Source of the DNA: a virus
Strand: one strand, 5' to 3'
Length of the DNA: 64,000 nucleotides
Virus record (IMG/VR): IMGVR_UViG_3300035698_031273
Span: 32,001 to 96,000 of that record
A program made the translations under genes and the position numbers. How positions within the stretch are numbered: the first letter of the stretch is position 1; the number at the start of each line of letters is the position of its first letter. Below, piece by piece: positions 29,073 through 40,700 of this stretch. The notes under the pieces are model-generated. The model searched no databases. It saw only the letters and a program-made list of their open reading frames with translations, and was not told the origin of the DNA.

Positions 29073-31163
29073 ATGGACTTAACAGTAAAAATAAATAATA
29101 TAAGTACTTCTAATCAAGTTGTTATTACTGATGATAAACCTACAATTACTTGGGATTTTGAAGAACTAATAGATGTCAATATAAGTGGAGATGCTGGAAT
29201 AATATCTTCAACAGAACCAATAGAACAATTAGATTTTACAATTTTGATTGCTGATAATAATGTTGGCTGGGGAGAAAGTTTTTTTGTAGGGAATATTACT
29301 CAATCTGATATTATTACTACTAAAAGAAAATCTTGGAAATATCTTGGACCATTGCTTGAAAGAGGACTAACTTATTATGGTCAAATTAGAGTTCGTGATG
29401 AACTTAATCAAAGTAGTGGCTGGGTAGAGTTTTCTTTTCGTTATAATTCTTTACCTTATATTCAGACTGCTAGTTTATCTCCTTCTTCTCCAACTATAGA
29501 TGATGACATAATCTTATCTTATACTTATTATGATGCTGATGGAGACATAGAATCAGGCACTTTTATTCGTTGGTATCAGAACGGAGAGTATCGTTCTCAA
29601 TTTGATGACAATTTAATAATTCGTTCAGATTTCACCAAAGATGGAGATATATGGTCTGTTAACATTATTCCTAGTGACGGATATGAATATGGTCAAAAAT
29701 ATGTTCCATCTTCAGTTGTGGTTAATTATAATTATCCAGAGATTTCTTCGGCTACAATATCTCCTTCCACTCCTAATGAAAATGACATTTTAAAAGCAGA
29801 ATTTGTAACAGATTTTAAGGATTTTACTGGTTCTGAACAAATTAGATGGTTTGTAAACAATGTCTTACAATCAACACTAGAAAATAATATTTATGCCAGA
29901 CCAGATGTTGGTCCGGGAGATATTGTTTTTTATCAAATAAAATATCCGGAGGATACATCATATTCTACCTCTCAGAGTGTTACGATTGTAGACTCAAATT
30001 TTGTTGTAAGAGATATAAAGGTAGATGGATCAGTGGAGCCTCTTTCTGTTATTACTACTAGACCAATTGTGACATGGGCTGTGCATAGTCCATCTAACAG
30101 AAAAAACACTTATCTTTCTATTAGGGTAGGAACATACTATGGTGCTGCCAATATTTATAGTTCTGTTATAAATACGGATGATACGGCTTGGCGTTTGCCA
30201 GATAATATAATAGAAAAAGGAAATGATTATTTTATAGGTATATCTGTTAGTGACTCAACAACATTTCCAGAACATATATATACAAAGTTTCGTGTTACTG
30301 GATCTAGATGGACAGAAAGTGTGAGCAATACAACAGGATGGACGGTTGAAACAAGTTTTCTACTTAGTTCAGAAGATGATTTTAGTGAACAAATTTATCA
30401 GTTTGTTAGGATACAAGATGGTAGTTATTTTGCGGAAATAAGAATACATAATGAAAAATTAGCGTTTGTATCAAGTGATACCACTTATTCTGCAGCAATA
30501 ACTACTCAGGGAGCACATGTATTAACCATTGTAGGACAAAATAATAATATAAGAGTATATTTAGATCGTATTTTATTGATAAATGCTGATGGATTGTTTA
30601 CTCAGCCTACATCTGCTAAACTTCTAGAAATCGGGAATAATAAGGATTCTAATTTTGTTATCTTTTATAAATATGTATACTATACTACATTAAGTGATTA
30701 TTATCCTGAAAGTTCTTCTCAATATTATAATATTAGTTTTGGAGAGTATTTAAACTTTCCGAATAATTCAATAGTATCTTTAAGAGAGTATATAGAGAAC
30801 CTAACAGAATATAAAATATTTTCTACTAATCCTCATAATGAAGAAGAGGGGGCAACTATTTATAAACTAATTCCAGGCGAGCCGATTAGTTTACATACAG
30901 TGAATAGAACATTTTCACCTATAAATAAAATAAGAGTTTCTCCAAATAGGAATTATACTGTTTTTTGTCATTCTAAAGGAGCTTCTATATTTCGAGGATA
31001 TCATATAGAAGATTATACTTCTTCTTATATATGGGATATTAGTTCAGCGGTTTTACCAGATAATGATGGATGGGAATTATATCAAAGTTTGGGTAGGAAT
31101 TCAGTTCAATTAGTAAGTGAAGGTTTGGTTATAAATACTTTGTATCAAGGACAAGAAAATTGA
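29073..31163 (+). CDS. Multi-Ig/Fn3 and lectin-like domain structural protein
   Basis: 696 aa. KPTITW/RPIVTW Fn3-like units, YTYYDADGDIESGTFIRWY Ig-like repeats (shared with 52406), and a GSRW...GWTVE lectin-like domain. Confidence 0.65.
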   Translation: MDLTVKINNISTSNQVVITDDKPTITWDFEELIDVNISGDAGIISSTEPIEQLDFTILIADNNVGWGESFFVGNITQSDIITTKRKSWKYLGPLLERGLTYYGQIRVRDELNQSSGWVEFSFRYNSLPYIQTASLSPSSPTIDDDIILSYTYYDADGDIESGTFIRWYQNGEYRSQFDDNLIIRSDFTKDGDIWSVNIIPSDGYEYGQKYVPSSVVVNYNYPEISSATISPSTPNENDILKAEFVTDFKDFTGSEQIRWFVNNVLQSTLENNIYARPDVGPGDIVFYQIKYPEDTSYSTSQSVTIVDSNFVVRDIKVDGSVEPLSVITTRPIVTWAVHSPSNRKNTYLSIRVGTYYGAANIYSSVINTDDTAWRLPDNIIEKGNDYFIGISVSDSTTFPEHIYTKFRVTGSRWTESVSNTTGWTVETSFLLSSEDDFSEQIYQFVRIQDGSYFAEIRIHNEKLAFVSSDTTYSAAITTQGAHVLTIVGQNNNIRVYLDRILLINADGLFTQPTSAKLLEIGNNKDSNFVIFYKYVYYTTLSDYYPESSSQYYNISFGEYLNFPNNSIVSLREYIENLTEYKIFSTNPHNEEEGATIYKLIPGEPISLHTVNRTFSPINKIRVSPNRNYTVFCHSKGASIFRGYHIEDYTSSYIWDISSAVLPDNDGWELYQSLGRNSVQLVSEGLVINTLYQGQEN

Positions 31164-34100
31164 GTACATACAAAAATCTTATTTTATCTAATAATCCAAT
31201 TATGTATTGGAAACTAGATACTTCTGGACTCAGTAGTAGACCCCCTTATACGGAATTTTATGATGAAATGTCGTATAGAAATGGGGCTTCCGTAAGTCTT
31301 TATGGTTATGATTTTAGTTTGTATTCAGATGACAGTCTTGTTCTTAGTGATAGCTCTGGCAAATCAATATATCAACCATTTGATGTAGCGGGAACACCTC
31401 ATTATATTACTGATATTAGTACTGAGTTTACTAATGTAGGAGGCACATCTGTATTGCAAGTTGGTGGGAGTATATTATATCCATTTACACTTGAAGCTTG
31501 GATTAAACCAATATCTCTTCCAACTGATGCTTCACAAGCATTAATAATGGGACACTATGATAGAACAGGTGTATCTTATACGGGATGTTCAGTGACTATT
31601 GATAGATGGGGAGTAATCCGGGCTGGGGCTTGTCTTCCTTGTGGAGCAGCAGGAACAATTGCTTCCTATGCTATTGCGGTAATAAATCATGTATATCATA
31701 TAGTTTTTGTTAAGAAATCTAATCTTACAACTGAACTTTGGATAAATGGGGTGTTAGAAGGTACAGGTTCTCATCTTTCTCCCTCGGGAACAATTAATTC
31801 AGGTTTTCGTATTTTTTATGGTCCCTGGTATTCTACTTTTAGTGGTTATATAGATGAGGTTGTTGCTTATAATCATGTTTTAGATGAAACTGATATTCAA
31901 GAACATTATGAATTGGGAACTACCTCCGGGATATTGCCAGATATTATTGACACAACTGGTGAAAGTGTTTATACAGAATATGGAAGAATTACAGGAGGAA
32001 AATGGTATTATTCTCAAAATAAACCTGGTTCGAGATGGTATGACACAGTAGATAATTCTATGGGATGGACAGTAGATATGGGACTACAAATAGTAGATAT
32101 AAATAATAGTATGATTTTGTCTACTAATGAACCTCCAAATGGGATGGGAGTATATATTAACGATGGCACTAGGCAGGAAAGCATATATTTTTTCCAACAA
32201 GAAATTTATTTTACGAATGCTAAAGAAAAAGTATTATATGATGCAACTCAACTTTCAGATTATTTTGTAGTGGGAAAAGGTGATAGTTTAAAACTTTTTG
32301 CTAGACCAGATGGAGAAACATTATGGCAAGAACTTGCTAGTGTTGGGTTTTCTACATCCGCTACTAATGAAGGGAATGCTAGTCGTCCAAGAATCACACA
32401 ATCAATTTCTAATGAATTATATGCTGTTTGGCAAGAAGATGTAACAGTTTCTTCCCATATTTATTATTCTGTTTTTGGTGATAGTTGGGAAAATCCTGTT
32501 GCTATAGTTAAAAATAGTTATGGGGTATCTAATCCAGATATTGTTATTGATGCAAATAATGTTATTTCTATTGTTTATGAAAGCAAACAGATTGATTATA
32601 CAAATATTGGGTTTATAGAAAAAACATCATTAGGATGGTCTAACGAAGAATTTTTAACTGCTGAGGTCGGAGATTCTGTTTCTTCCAAAATTACTTTTGA
32701 TAGTCTTGGTAATTTACATGTTGTGTGGGAAGATCATCGTTCAGGAAAGCCAGAAATATTTTCTATAAAAAGAGATTCTGTTTCTTTGAAATGGTCTGAA
32801 CCAAGAAAACTTTATACTTCTCAATACGGTTCATTAAGGCCTTCTATATCATCTTATCTAGATGATATATTTGTATCGTGGACAGAAAAAGAGTCAGATG
32901 GTTCATCTAAAATTTTAGCATTATCTTTTGATGCTACAACTTTGGTATCAACGGATGCTATAACTATACCTTCTTTCTATTTTCGTGCAGACAATTCTTG
33001 TGTTGTTGCTAATATGTCAGGTAGTGTATTTATTTGTTGGGTAGATGAGAGGGATCAATTTGATGAGATTTATTTTAGAATAATTATAAAAACATTTGAT
33101 CCTTCTGATATGTCTCCGAGATTAGTACCTCAAAGCTCAGTTATGTTAGTAACTAATGGACATGGTGCAGCGGATCATCCTGACATATCGGAATCTACTA
33201 GTACTGGAGATATTTATATAGTATGGGAAGATTATTTTGATGCAGAAAATGATCCAAGTGCATTATCTAATCCATATATTGCTGAGACATTTAAACAAAG
33301 AAAAACTATATTTTTGGCTTGGTATGATAGTAGTGAAGGTATTTTATATTCTAGTGGGCAAGGTTATTCTGATACAAAAGTTATTTTTGACGATATGAGG
33401 AGTGCTACATTTCCAGCAATTCCACAGAATTTTTCTAGTAACGTACCCATTATATATCAAATGATGTCTCAATATGAAAATGATTGGTTATATACTAAGG
33501 AAAGATTTGAAAGAATAGGTTATTTTGGTTGTGATACTCCTCTTACTGAGGAATTTAATGTAACCAACAATGTTGATTATGGAGTTAGGAATGACTGGAC
33601 AATTTCCAGAGTATTAGAAGGAAAGGAAATTAGATTTGGTGATTTTTCTAATTCATTAACGGGACAGTTATTATTTACCCATTTTAAGTATTATACGGAT
33701 GATGCAGTAGAACCTTTGGTTATTAAGGAGATTTCAAGTGATCAATTTAAAATTGGTGCCTTGGATGTGTTTGATGGTGCAGTCAGTAATGCTGGAGATG
33801 CATGGCTAGTGGGTCCATGTGGAGTATTATTCTTTTCTAATAGTAATGGAACTATATTTCTTGTTGGTACTCAAGCCGAAGTAGACGATTTAGGTGCTGC
33901 AGTTGTTGGCCCTGAGGAGGGAATACGGGCACTTGCTTTTGATAAAAATAATATAATGTTTTTGGGTTGTAAAACAGGTCTGTATTATTCTATTAATCAT
34001 TATGGTGGTTTTTATAAATTAAGTGGTCCTCCCGACAATATAACTACAGTTGCTTTTGACAAAAACAATAAATTGTTATTGGGAACTGACGATCAGGGAG

Positions 34101-37100
34101 TAAAGGCATATATAGTTAATAGTGATGGTAATACTGTAACGTTGACAGAACAAACTGATTTTACAATTGATTTACCTAATACATTTATTACAGATATTAG
34201 AGTTGATGATAACAATGTGGTTTGGGTAGGAACAAAAGGAGGACTGGTCAGATACTATAATTTAACTTCTATTATATTTACTATTTCAGACGGACTGCCT
34301 TCTAATATTGTGAATGATATATCTATAAAGGATGTAAGTACTCGTTTTGTAGCAACTTCGAATGGGGTTGCCAAAATGAGTGGAAGTTATTTTATTAACT
34401 TTAGCTCATGGGATGATCATTTATATAATAATAATGTAAAAAGTGTAACTTGGAAGAACCCAAATATTCTTTGGTCAGGCACTATGTCTAGAATTTCTCA
34501 GTTGATATTTGATGATACCTCTGAATCGGTATCTGTTAAATACTATGAGCCAACTGAATATTCACGAATAGCTCAAGATTACGACGACCTAATGACATTT
34601 TATATAGTAATGGACGATAGTACACAAACGATTGGTGAAAATTCTGTTGTTGAAGTATATTTAAATGGGAATAGGTTGTCTCATGGTTATGACATTTCAC
34701 CGTCTCCTGTTAATATTATAAGGTTCAAAACAAATCTTAAATCTACAGATGTTGTAGATGTGACGGTACGTAACAATTTAAAGATAATGAGTTCTTTTGC
34801 ACAATCTGACAAAGAACGTGAAATTTTAGGTAGAAACACAATTAAAATAAAAGATATGGGGGTTAAAAGTGTAATAGATGGAGATATATTTGCTGCTACT
34901 GAAGGAGATGAAAATGAATTAAAAGTAAATGACAGCAATAGTAATCTACCTTTTGATAGTGTTCATTTTGATATTACTCCACCTACAGGTTCAATTACAA
35001 TAGGTAAACAGTTGAATCGTAATACTGTTGAAGTTTCTATGACTGCAGATGATGGAACAAATGGTTCTGGGGTTGAGAGTATGATAATTTCTAATTATAG
35101 TAATTTTACTTCTGATGGAACTATAACTCAAAGTTCAATTCCTTTTGCTTCTAATTCTACTCATAATTTAGGATTTTCTACAGAAAATGTTGCTGATCAA
35201 TATTTGTTTACTGTTGGTAATGGCAACTCCATTTGTTTTTTTGTTGCAGATGCTAATTATTTATGGTCGGGAACTTCTTTACCAGCAAAATTATATCAAT
35301 ATAATTTCTCAGAACAAGAATGGCAAGAAATTGTAGATTATGGAGATGATGATTATATTGATTTTGTTACAAAATACAATAATAAGCTTATTGTTAGTGT
35401 TGGCTCAGATAGAGATTTTGCTAAAATTTATGTATATGATCTATCTTCTTCTTCTATAGATGTTTTGTCGTTTTCTTTATATGTTTTTGAAGAGTCACGG
35501 GCATATTGTTATCGTGAACTTAATGATGTATTGTATATTGGTACTGGTTTAGGAACTGGAGATGTATATGGGTCCAGAAAAGGAGATAGTGGACACATTT
35601 GGAGTTTTGATGGTCAAGTAGTTGTTTCACTTGTGGGGGGATTAGGAGAAGATGTCTATTCTTTAGCTGAGGCAAATGATACTTTGTATGCTGCCACAGG
35701 AGCAGAAGGCTCTATTTATGAGATTAATCCTATTGACTCTACTTCATTTATGATACATAAGGAGAATAGTGCTTTAATATCTGCTGAAAGTGTGGAATTC
35801 AATAGTAAACAGTTGTTATTTTTTGGGGGAGAAAATACAGGGTCTATTCTAAGAACTTATGTAGAGAGTTATTCATTTTATAGGTCTTTTCAGACAGTTG
35901 CTTCTAATATTTCAGTTCTCAAAACTTTTCTCAATAGTGATGGAACCTATACTATCTATGCCGTGGTTGGGAAATCTTTATATTATTTCTCTCAGGATGG
36001 GAACTGGACATGGAAATATACTCATAATGAAAATATTAATGATATAACTTGGGATGTGAATACAGAAGTTATTTATGTTATTTCCAATAACAAAATAACC
36101 AAGATAGAACCAATTACAACAAATAAAAATGTTTATTTGCAACTTGTTGATAGGGCTGGAAATAAGAGTTTACTATATGATTCGGAAGGAAATATAATTG
36201 CAAGTATGGTCGGTAGCATTTCTATATCTTCACTTATTGGTTTTGTTAATGAGAATAAAGTATTTGAAGTGGATGAAGATGGTGAAATTGTTTATTCTTT
36301 AAATAGCGATAGTAAATTTTATTCAGGAACTCGTATTGAAGAGGAAAAGGGAGTATATGAGAGTGAAATTTTTGACGGTACAAATGATTTAGTTAAATGG
36401 GATACTATATCTTGGCAGGTAACCGAGTTAGACAATACTTCTGTTTTGGTATATGTCAGAAGTTCGTCTTCTCAAACAGATATTCTTTTAGAAGAATGGA
36501 TTGGACCTTATACAACTTTAGATTCTAATGGAGTAGATATTAGTAGTTTTGGTGCTAAATATTTTCAATTTAAGACAGAACTTATTAGTCAACAAAAAAA
36601 TATTAGTCCGCTTTTTCATAGGGCTAGTATAAGAGTAATTACAAAAGAAGCTGTTCATTTCTTCACTACTAATTTCATTTTGCCAAGTTCTGTTCGCAAG
36701 GGTTTGTTAACCAGTGAAAAAATAACACCTATTGCTGCTGATATTGTATTTGGGATAAATTCTTCAAATTCAGTAGATTTTTCTGAGTACCAGATAATAG
36801 ATGATAATAGACTGTTTGCCAATACTCAAAATGGAGAAAATTTGAGGGTTGGGATAAAACTTATAAGTCCAAGTAGATCTGTATTAGAGCCAGTAGATTA
36901 TGGAGAATATGGTCCTTATCGTTCTCTTCTTTATGTTAATACTGTTGATTTCGATTTTACAAACTCAACCAGTTCAACAAGAAATTATTATTTTGAAGTT
37001 GAATTTTATCAAGATATATTATTAAATAATTTGATATGTTCTGTTTCGACAGAGGGGTCTCAAGAGGGTTTCAATATTGATGGTCAGGCTCCGGTTGCTG

Positions 37101-37762
37101 GTGGACATGCTATAGTTAGTGGTGATACTGCTTCTGTTTTTCTAGCGGTATCTGGTAGCATTAACTTAAGATGTAATATTTATTATTATCCTCGTATAAG
37201 AGCATATTATTATGACGGTCTAGGTAACAAGGTATATTCATTAATTTCTGATGGACATTCATTTATAGCTTCCTGTGGAACATCTTTTGTTGACACTATT
37301 AATTTCGGTTTTGAGAATAGTACTTCTGTTCAACAAACATATAATTTTAGGATTAGATTTTATACAGATCCTGAACGAACTAATGAGCATTTGGTAGTTT
37401 ATAGTGGAAATGATACCACAGGTTGGTCTGTCAATGGTTCTAGCATGTCTATTTCTGGAGTAACTATTTCTCCTGGAGGATCTGTTGATGTTTTATATGA
37501 TCCGGATAGTTCTTTATTCACACCATTTACTACCTACTATTTAACAATAGATACTTTTGATGGTAGCGAATTCGTTCCTGGTTCTTATAGTTACACGTTT
37601 CAAGCTAGGGATATTACTAGCTTAGAGTATTGTGGTCCTTATGTTGACGTTCCCATTGTTAAAAACTTTGCATTAATGATAGAGTTGGTTAATAGCGAGT
37701 TAATAAGAATTAATGCTGGAGAAGCAGGAGTTGATAGAACTCTTGGTATACAAATTATTTAA
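31160..37762 (+). CDS. Giant adhesin/baseplate protein (LamG, lectin-like, several beta-propellers, Ig)
   Basis: 2200 aa, TTGA overlap. N-terminal LamG (PIMYWKLD, FTLEAWIKP, GYIDEVVAY); WEDHRSG blades; Reg_prop-like GLPSNIVNDI repeats. Confidence 0.7.
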   Translation: MSTYKNLILSNNPIMYWKLDTSGLSSRPPYTEFYDEMSYRNGASVSLYGYDFSLYSDDSLVLSDSSGKSIYQPFDVAGTPHYITDISTEFTNVGGTSVLQVGGSILYPFTLEAWIKPISLPTDASQALIMGHYDRTGVSYTGCSVTIDRWGVIRAGACLPCGAAGTIASYAIAVINHVYHIVFVKKSNLTTELWINGVLEGTGSHLSPSGTINSGFRIFYGPWYSTFSGYIDEVVAYNHVLDETDIQEHYELGTTSGILPDIIDTTGESVYTEYGRITGGKWYYSQNKPGSRWYDTVDNSMGWTVDMGLQIVDINNSMILSTNEPPNGMGVYINDGTRQESIYFFQQEIYFTNAKEKVLYDATQLSDYFVVGKGDSLKLFARPDGETLWQELASVGFSTSATNEGNASRPRITQSISNELYAVWQEDVTVSSHIYYSVFGDSWENPVAIVKNSYGVSNPDIVIDANNVISIVYESKQIDYTNIGFIEKTSLGWSNEEFLTAEVGDSVSSKITFDSLGNLHVVWEDHRSGKPEIFSIKRDSVSLKWSEPRKLYTSQYGSLRPSISSYLDDIFVSWTEKESDGSSKILALSFDATTLVSTDAITIPSFYFRADNSCVVANMSGSVFICWVDERDQFDEIYFRIIIKTFDPSDMSPRLVPQSSVMLVTNGHGAADHPDISESTSTGDIYIVWEDYFDAENDPSALSNPYIAETFKQRKTIFLAWYDSSEGILYSSGQGYSDTKVIFDDMRSATFPAIPQNFSSNVPIIYQMMSQYENDWLYTKERFERIGYFGCDTPLTEEFNVTNNVDYGVRNDWTISRVLEGKEIRFGDFSNSLTGQLLFTHFKYYTDDAVEPLVIKEISSDQFKIGALDVFDGAVSNAGDAWLVGPCGVLFFSNSNGTIFLVGTQAEVDDLGAAVVGPEEGIRALAFDKNNIMFLGCKTGLYYSINHYGGFYKLSGPPDNITTVAFDKNNKLLLGTDDQGVKAYIVNSDGNTVTLTEQTDFTIDLPNTFITDIRVDDNNVVWVGTKGGLVRYYNLTSIIFTISDGLPSNIVNDISIKDVSTRFVATSNGVAKMSGSYFINFSSWDDHLYNNNVKSVTWKNPNILWSGTMSRISQLIFDDTSESVSVKYYEPTEYSRIAQDYDDLMTFYIVMDDSTQTIGENSVVEVYLNGNRLSHGYDISPSPVNIIRFKTNLKSTDVVDVTVRNNLKIMSSFAQSDKEREILGRNTIKIKDMGVKSVIDGDIFAATEGDENELKVNDSNSNLPFDSVHFDITPPTGSITIGKQLNRNTVEVSMTADDGTNGSGVESMIISNYSNFTSDGTITQSSIPFASNSTHNLGFSTENVADQYLFTVGNGNSICFFVADANYLWSGTSLPAKLYQYNFSEQEWQEIVDYGDDDYIDFVTKYNNKLIVSVGSDRDFAKIYVYDLSSSSIDVLSFSLYVFEESRAYCYRELNDVLYIGTGLGTGDVYGSRKGDSGHIWSFDGQVVVSLVGGLGEDVYSLAEANDTLYAATGAEGSIYEINPIDSTSFMIHKENSALISAESVEFNSKQLLFFGGENTGSILRTYVESYSFYRSFQTVASNISVLKTFLNSDGTYTIYAVVGKSLYYFSQDGNWTWKYTHNENINDITWDVNTEVIYVISNNKITKIEPITTNKNVYLQLVDRAGNKSLLYDSEGNIIASMVGSISISSLIGFVNENKVFEVDEDGEIVYSLNSDSKFYSGTRIEEEKGVYESEIFDGTNDLVKWDTISWQVTELDNTSVLVYVRSSSSQTDILLEEWIGPYTTLDSNGVDISSFGAKYFQFKTELISQQKNISPLFHRASIRVITKEAVHFFTTNFILPSSVRKGLLTSEKITPIAADIVFGINSSNSVDFSEYQIIDDNRLFANTQNGENLRVGIKLISPSRSVLEPVDYGEYGPYRSLLYVNTVDFDFTNSTSSTRNYYFEVEFYQDILLNNLICSVSTEGSQEGFNIDGQAPVAGGHAIVSGDTASVFLAVSGSINLRCNIYYYPRIRAYYYDGLGNKVYSLISDGHSFIASCGTSFVDTINFGFENSTSVQQTYNFRIRFYTDPERTNEHLVVYSGNDTTGWSVNGSSMSISGVTISPGGSVDVLYDPDSSLFTPFTTYYLTIDTFDGSEFVPGSYSYTFQARDITSLEYCGPYVDVPIVKNFALMIELVNSELIRINAGEAGVDRTLGIQII

Positions 37763-37767
37763 ACAAA

Positions 37768-40700
37768 ATGCCTATTTTAACACCTCATTATAGTTTAACT
37801 GCATTCAACTGGGGAGACATTTATTCGTCTGCTGCAGATAAATCTAGATTTACCATAATTGATAATCAACTAGCTTTTTTATCAGATAGGGTTGGAGATG
37901 GACGTATAGATGGATGGCAAGTAACTGTGGAGAACTATTCTACCAGAGAAATATCTGTTTCTTATGGTTTTGGTATAATAGATAGATTTGCTACTTATAC
38001 TCATGGAGTTGTGTCTACTCAAGTTCCATTAGATCGTATTAGTTATTTATATATGAGACGTAAAAATAATTTATTAGGAGGGTTTAGTGGATATTCAAAT
38101 CGAGCAACCTTTTCTTATTTGGATACTATTTCACCTTTAGCCCCATCTAATTTAAATATTTCTTCTCTCTCTTCTTACAGTTTAACTCTTTCTTGGAATG
38201 CTAATTCTGAAGCAGATATAAATAATTATAGAGTATATAAAAGTTCTGATGGTATTACATATACATTCTTAGAAGATACTGTAAAAAATACTTATACCGA
38301 TTCTACTGTAGATGAAAATACAATTTATTTTTACAGGGTATATGCAGTTGATAATAGCGGTAATATAAGTGATCCTTCTGCTATTTTCATTTCGACTTTA
38401 GCAGATGATACCGTGCCGTCCAATCCAACATATTTTCAAGTTTATGAAGGAGATGAAAGTTTACAAATTCTTTGGGACCCAGCTCCAGCAGGTAATTTAA
38501 AAATTCCAGGGACTTTAATGACATATGAAATAGTTCTGGATTTATTAGATGAAGCAGGACAGTCAACAGGAGATGAATTTAGTATTCATTCTGATGATGC
38601 AGAAAATAAATTAATTGCTCGTGATTTACTTAATGGTCGTAGTTATAAGGTTACTATTTATTCTATTAGTAAAAGTGATGTTTTGTCAACTGGATTATCT
38701 CTTGTTAGAACACCTAGATATAATCAAGGTGCTACAGAAGTAGATTCAGTTAGTGTAACTTATAGACGAGGAATTGTTGAAGATATAGACATAGTTATGA
38801 TGATTACATGGGTTTTTGAACCGGATCCTTCATCTTCAGATATTGGTCCTGGAAAGATTCCGGATAAGTACACGGTTACTGTAATTGAAAATGGAGCACG
38901 AGAGGGAGAGCCTATTTATGTTTTAGGTTCAGATGCAACTTCAATTAATTTGAGATTATTACCATTTAAAGATTCATCTGGTTCCATTATATATGAATAT
39001 GTAAAGCCATATACAGAATATACAATTATTGTTCGTACTGTTTATGAGGAAATGGTTAGCAATGGAAACGTTAAAAGAACTACTAGTCCCGTATATCAAG
39101 TTCCTTTGCCAGTTAGTAATTTAGAGGCAGTTAGAAAAAATAATAATGATGTATTATTCAGGTGGAATAATACGACATCTCCTTATTTTTCCCATAATAT
39201 AGTTAGTTGTACAATAGTTTATTTAGACGATCCTAGTCAAGCAGATATTATTATAGCAAGTGGCTTAGACATAGGAAAAGCCACTACTTATATAGTTGAT
39301 TCTTCATATTTTGTATCTTCTGCAAGGTATGAATTTAATATTCAAGTTTTTGATTTATTTGACAATGAGAGTGTTATAAAACAAGTTATGTATTCAACTC
39401 CTGATGCAGTTGTTTTAGGCAAACCTAGCGTGCCAAACAATCAGGATATTTCTTTAAGATATGGGGAAATAAAGATATTTTGGGACCCAATGAGTGAAGA
39501 AGAAATTACAGGATATAGGATATATCGTGCTGTTTATAATGTATTTTTAAGACCTTCTAATTTTGTGCGTTTGAGCACATTGTCTTCTGGACAAGTTGAA
39601 TATTCTGATTATGTTGTTGATACAGAAATTATTTATGCTTATTTTGTAACTTCTATTGATATTTTTGGTATTGAATCTTTAAATCCTGTAGATGATAATT
39701 ATATGTCGTATCCTTTATTGATTGGAAGTGCTATGTTAAATGCTTCTTTTTCAACTCCAACTAATTTAACAGCGGTTGAATCTGGTCTAAGTGCATATTT
39801 AACATGGGATTTATCTAATGAATTATTTGATGGCTATCAAATATTTAGATCTAGGGGGAATGATTATTCTTTTGAGCATATAGGATCAGCCGGTTTTTCA
39901 GAAACTACTTTTTTAGATGAAAATGCTTTAATCATATCCGGAGACTATTATTATGTTGTAAGAAAGTTTAAAAATGAAGGACAGTTATTTATAACAGAAT
40001 CTACTGTCATTCCTTCTTCGGCAATAATATTAGCTAAAATAACTTGTTCCACAGATCCATTATCTATAACAGGTATTTCTATCATTATAGATCAGACTGT
40101 TGCTAATGAAATTAAAAATTTACAGGATTTAATTTATTCAGAAACACAAGAGCAAATAGAGGCTCATAAGCATGTATTTGATACTGAACGTGATGTTGAT
40201 AAAAGAATAGATCTTTATTCTAATATCGTTGTTGTAAATTGGATTACTCCTGATTATCGTACATATACAACAGATACAGACATACAGGGAGCTACAACAT
40301 ATATATTAAAAGTAAGTGGAACGGTTAATGAAGATTATTTTGTAGATGAAAATGGAAATGTTCAGACAGCTAAAATAGAGACTGCTAAAGATGGGTATTC
40401 TCCTATAAATTATCAGGTTGATTTAGATAATGGAGATATAACATTTGAAGCAACGTTGTATAGTCCTGTTTCTGGTGTTTCTGTTCCATATTCCACTGTC
40501 CCCTTTGTTTCATTGCAGGTCATTGGTATTGTTGAGACTCAAAATGATTTGCCAAGTTCTAGGTTAGAGAATTTAAGTGCAACACAGATAGTATCTGGAA
40601 AATTAAATACTGTTCAACTTCCGTCTATTTCTCATCAAGGAAGACTTAATGAAGAACTAATACCTATTGGGATATCGTTAATATCTGTTGATAATTTTGT

